Shown: in pieces, positions 62,451 through 64,000 of the stretch
How the letters are laid out: every line of letters begins with the position of its first letter
Position numbering within the stretch: position 1 is the first letter of the stretch
DNA from: Eledone cirrhosa
Taxonomy: Eukaryota
Assembly: GCA_964016885.1 (NCBI GenBank)
Contig: OZ024750.1
Span: 34,906,001 to 34,970,000 of the forward strand
Direction of reading: 5' to 3'
Length of the DNA stretch: 64,000 nt
Program-made: the position numbers and the translations under genes
The notes under the pieces: model-generated
What the model saw: only the letters and a program-made list of their open reading frames with translations
Told to the model about the DNA's origin: nothing
Databases searched by the model: none

Positions 62451-64000
62451 ACTACCACATCTTGACTTGAACAACTGCCACATCTTGACTTGACAACTAC
62501 CACATCTTGACTTGACAACTACCACATCTTGACTTGACAACCACCACACATCTTGACTTGAACAACTACCACATCTTGACTTGACAACTACCACATCTTG
62601 ACTTGAACAACCACCACATCTTGACTTGAAAACTACCACATCTTGACTTGAACAACTACCACATCTTGACTTGACAACCTCCACACATCTTGACTTGAAC
62701 AACTACCACATCTTGACATGACAACTACCACATCTTGACTTGACAACCACCACACATCTTGACTTGAACAACTACCACATCTTGATTTGACAACTACCAC
62801 ATCTTGACTTGAACAACTACCACATCTTGACTTGACAACCACCACACATCTTGACTTGAACAACTACCACATCTTGACTTGAACAACTACCACATCTTGA
62901 CTTGACAACTACCACATCTTGACTTGAACAACTACAACATCTTGACTTGAACAACCACCACATCTTGACTTGACAACTACCACATCTTGACTTGAACAAC
63001 CACCACATCTTGACTTGAACAACTACCACATCTTGACTTGAACAACTACCACATCTTGACTTGACAACTACAACATCTTGACTTGAACAACCACCACATC
63101 TTGACTTGAACAACTGCCACACATCTTGACTTGAACAACTACCACATCTTGACTTGAACAACCACAACACATCTTGACTTGAACAATTACCACATCTTGA
63201 CTTGAACAACTACAACTTCTTGACTTGAACAACCACCACATCTTGACTTGACAACTACCACATCTTGACTTGAACAACCACCACATCTTGACTTGAACAA
63301 CTACCACATCTTGACTTGACAACTACCACATGTTGACTTGAACATCTGCCACATCTTGACTTGACAACTACCACATCTTGACATGAACAACTACCACATC
63401 TTGACTTGAAAAACAACGACATCTTGACTTGAACAACCACCACATCTTGATTTGAACAACTACCACATCTTGACTTGACAACTACCACATCTTGACTTGA
63501 ACAACCACCACATCTTGACTTGAACAACCACAACACATCTTGACTTGAACAATTACCACATCTTGACTTGAACAACTACAACTTCTTGACTTGAACAAAC
63601 ACCACATATTGACTTGACAACTACCACATCTTGACTTGAACAACCACCACATCTTGACTTGAACAACTACCACATCTTGACTTGAACAACTGCCACATCT
63701 TGACTTGACAACTACCACATCTTAACTTGAACAACCACCACACATCTTGACTTGAACAACTACCACATCTTGACATGACAACTACCACATCTTGACTTGA
63801 CAACCACCACACATCTTGACTTGAACAACTACCACATCTTGACTTGACAACTACCACATCTTGACTTGAACAACTACCACATCTTGACTTGACAACCACC
63901 ACACATCTTGACTTGAACAACTACCACATCTTGACTTGAACAACTACCACATCTTGACTTGACAACTACCACATCTTGACTTGAACAACTACAACATCTT

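Larger units (their letters stand above)
1..64000 (+). repeat. Tandem satellite array of 22-25 bp monomers, single orientation, extending beyond both window ends
   Basis: Read directly: 1-23 TTGAACAACTACCACATCTTGAC (23 bp), 24-45 TTGACAACTACCACATCTTGAC (22), 46-68 TTGAACAACCACCACATCTTGAC (23), 69-93 TTGAACAACTGCCACACATCTTGAC (25). The core CATCTTGACTTGA recurs every 22-25 bp to the end of the window with no non-repeat interval. The 23-mer is A8 C7 T6 G2 (39% GC). Confidence 0.99.

Noticed and set aside
31-63920. Several hundred minus-strand ORFs of 60-212 aa
   Set aside because: They are translations of the satellite in shifting frames, mostly starting at TTG. Monomer lengths of 22, 23 and 25 break frame constantly, and there is no unique sequence or recognisable domain.
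1-64000. CRISPR array (constant repeat plus variable part)
   Set aside because: The variable part is only about 10 bp and consists of a few related alleles, not unique 25-45 bp spacers. There is no leader and no cas gene.
1-64000. Plasmid iterons (about 22-bp direct repeats)
   Set aside because: Iteron sets have a handful of copies next to an AT-rich region and a rep gene. Here there are thousands of copies and no such context.
1-64000. Pure sequencing, concatemer or synthetic artefact
   Set aside because: Hierarchically shared private variants and nested duplications of many sizes indicate an evolutionary history. Individual perfect duplications could still be misassemblies.

Overview
The whole 64 kb window is one uninterrupted, head-to-tail tandem satellite array of about 2,800 monomers (64,000 / ~23 bp). 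The consensus is TTGA(A)CAAC[T/C]ACCAC(AC)ATCTTGAC, with common lengths of 22, 23, 24 and 25 bp. The array runs off both ends. I see no unique DNA, inversion, transposon, RNA gene or CRISPR spacer, and every ORF in the track is an artefact of the repeat. The interest lies in the internal organisation. A small alphabet of discrete monomer types is strung in non-random order and amplified by nested duplications (offsets about 0.09, 0.39, 0.48, 1.1, 1.5-1.8, 2.6, 4.1-4.9, 6-7 and 10.7 kb). These can be ordered in time with private variants and define layered domains along the array. There is also a recurrent three-monomer cassette, a diverged island present twice, long-range paralogous segments and a few double substitutions that create inverted repeats. 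I cannot name the host or satellite family; size and architecture fit a eukaryotic heterochromatic, centromeric or subtelomeric satellite. Offsets come from the ORF track plus marker variants read by eye, so duplication boundaries are approximate to a few monomers.
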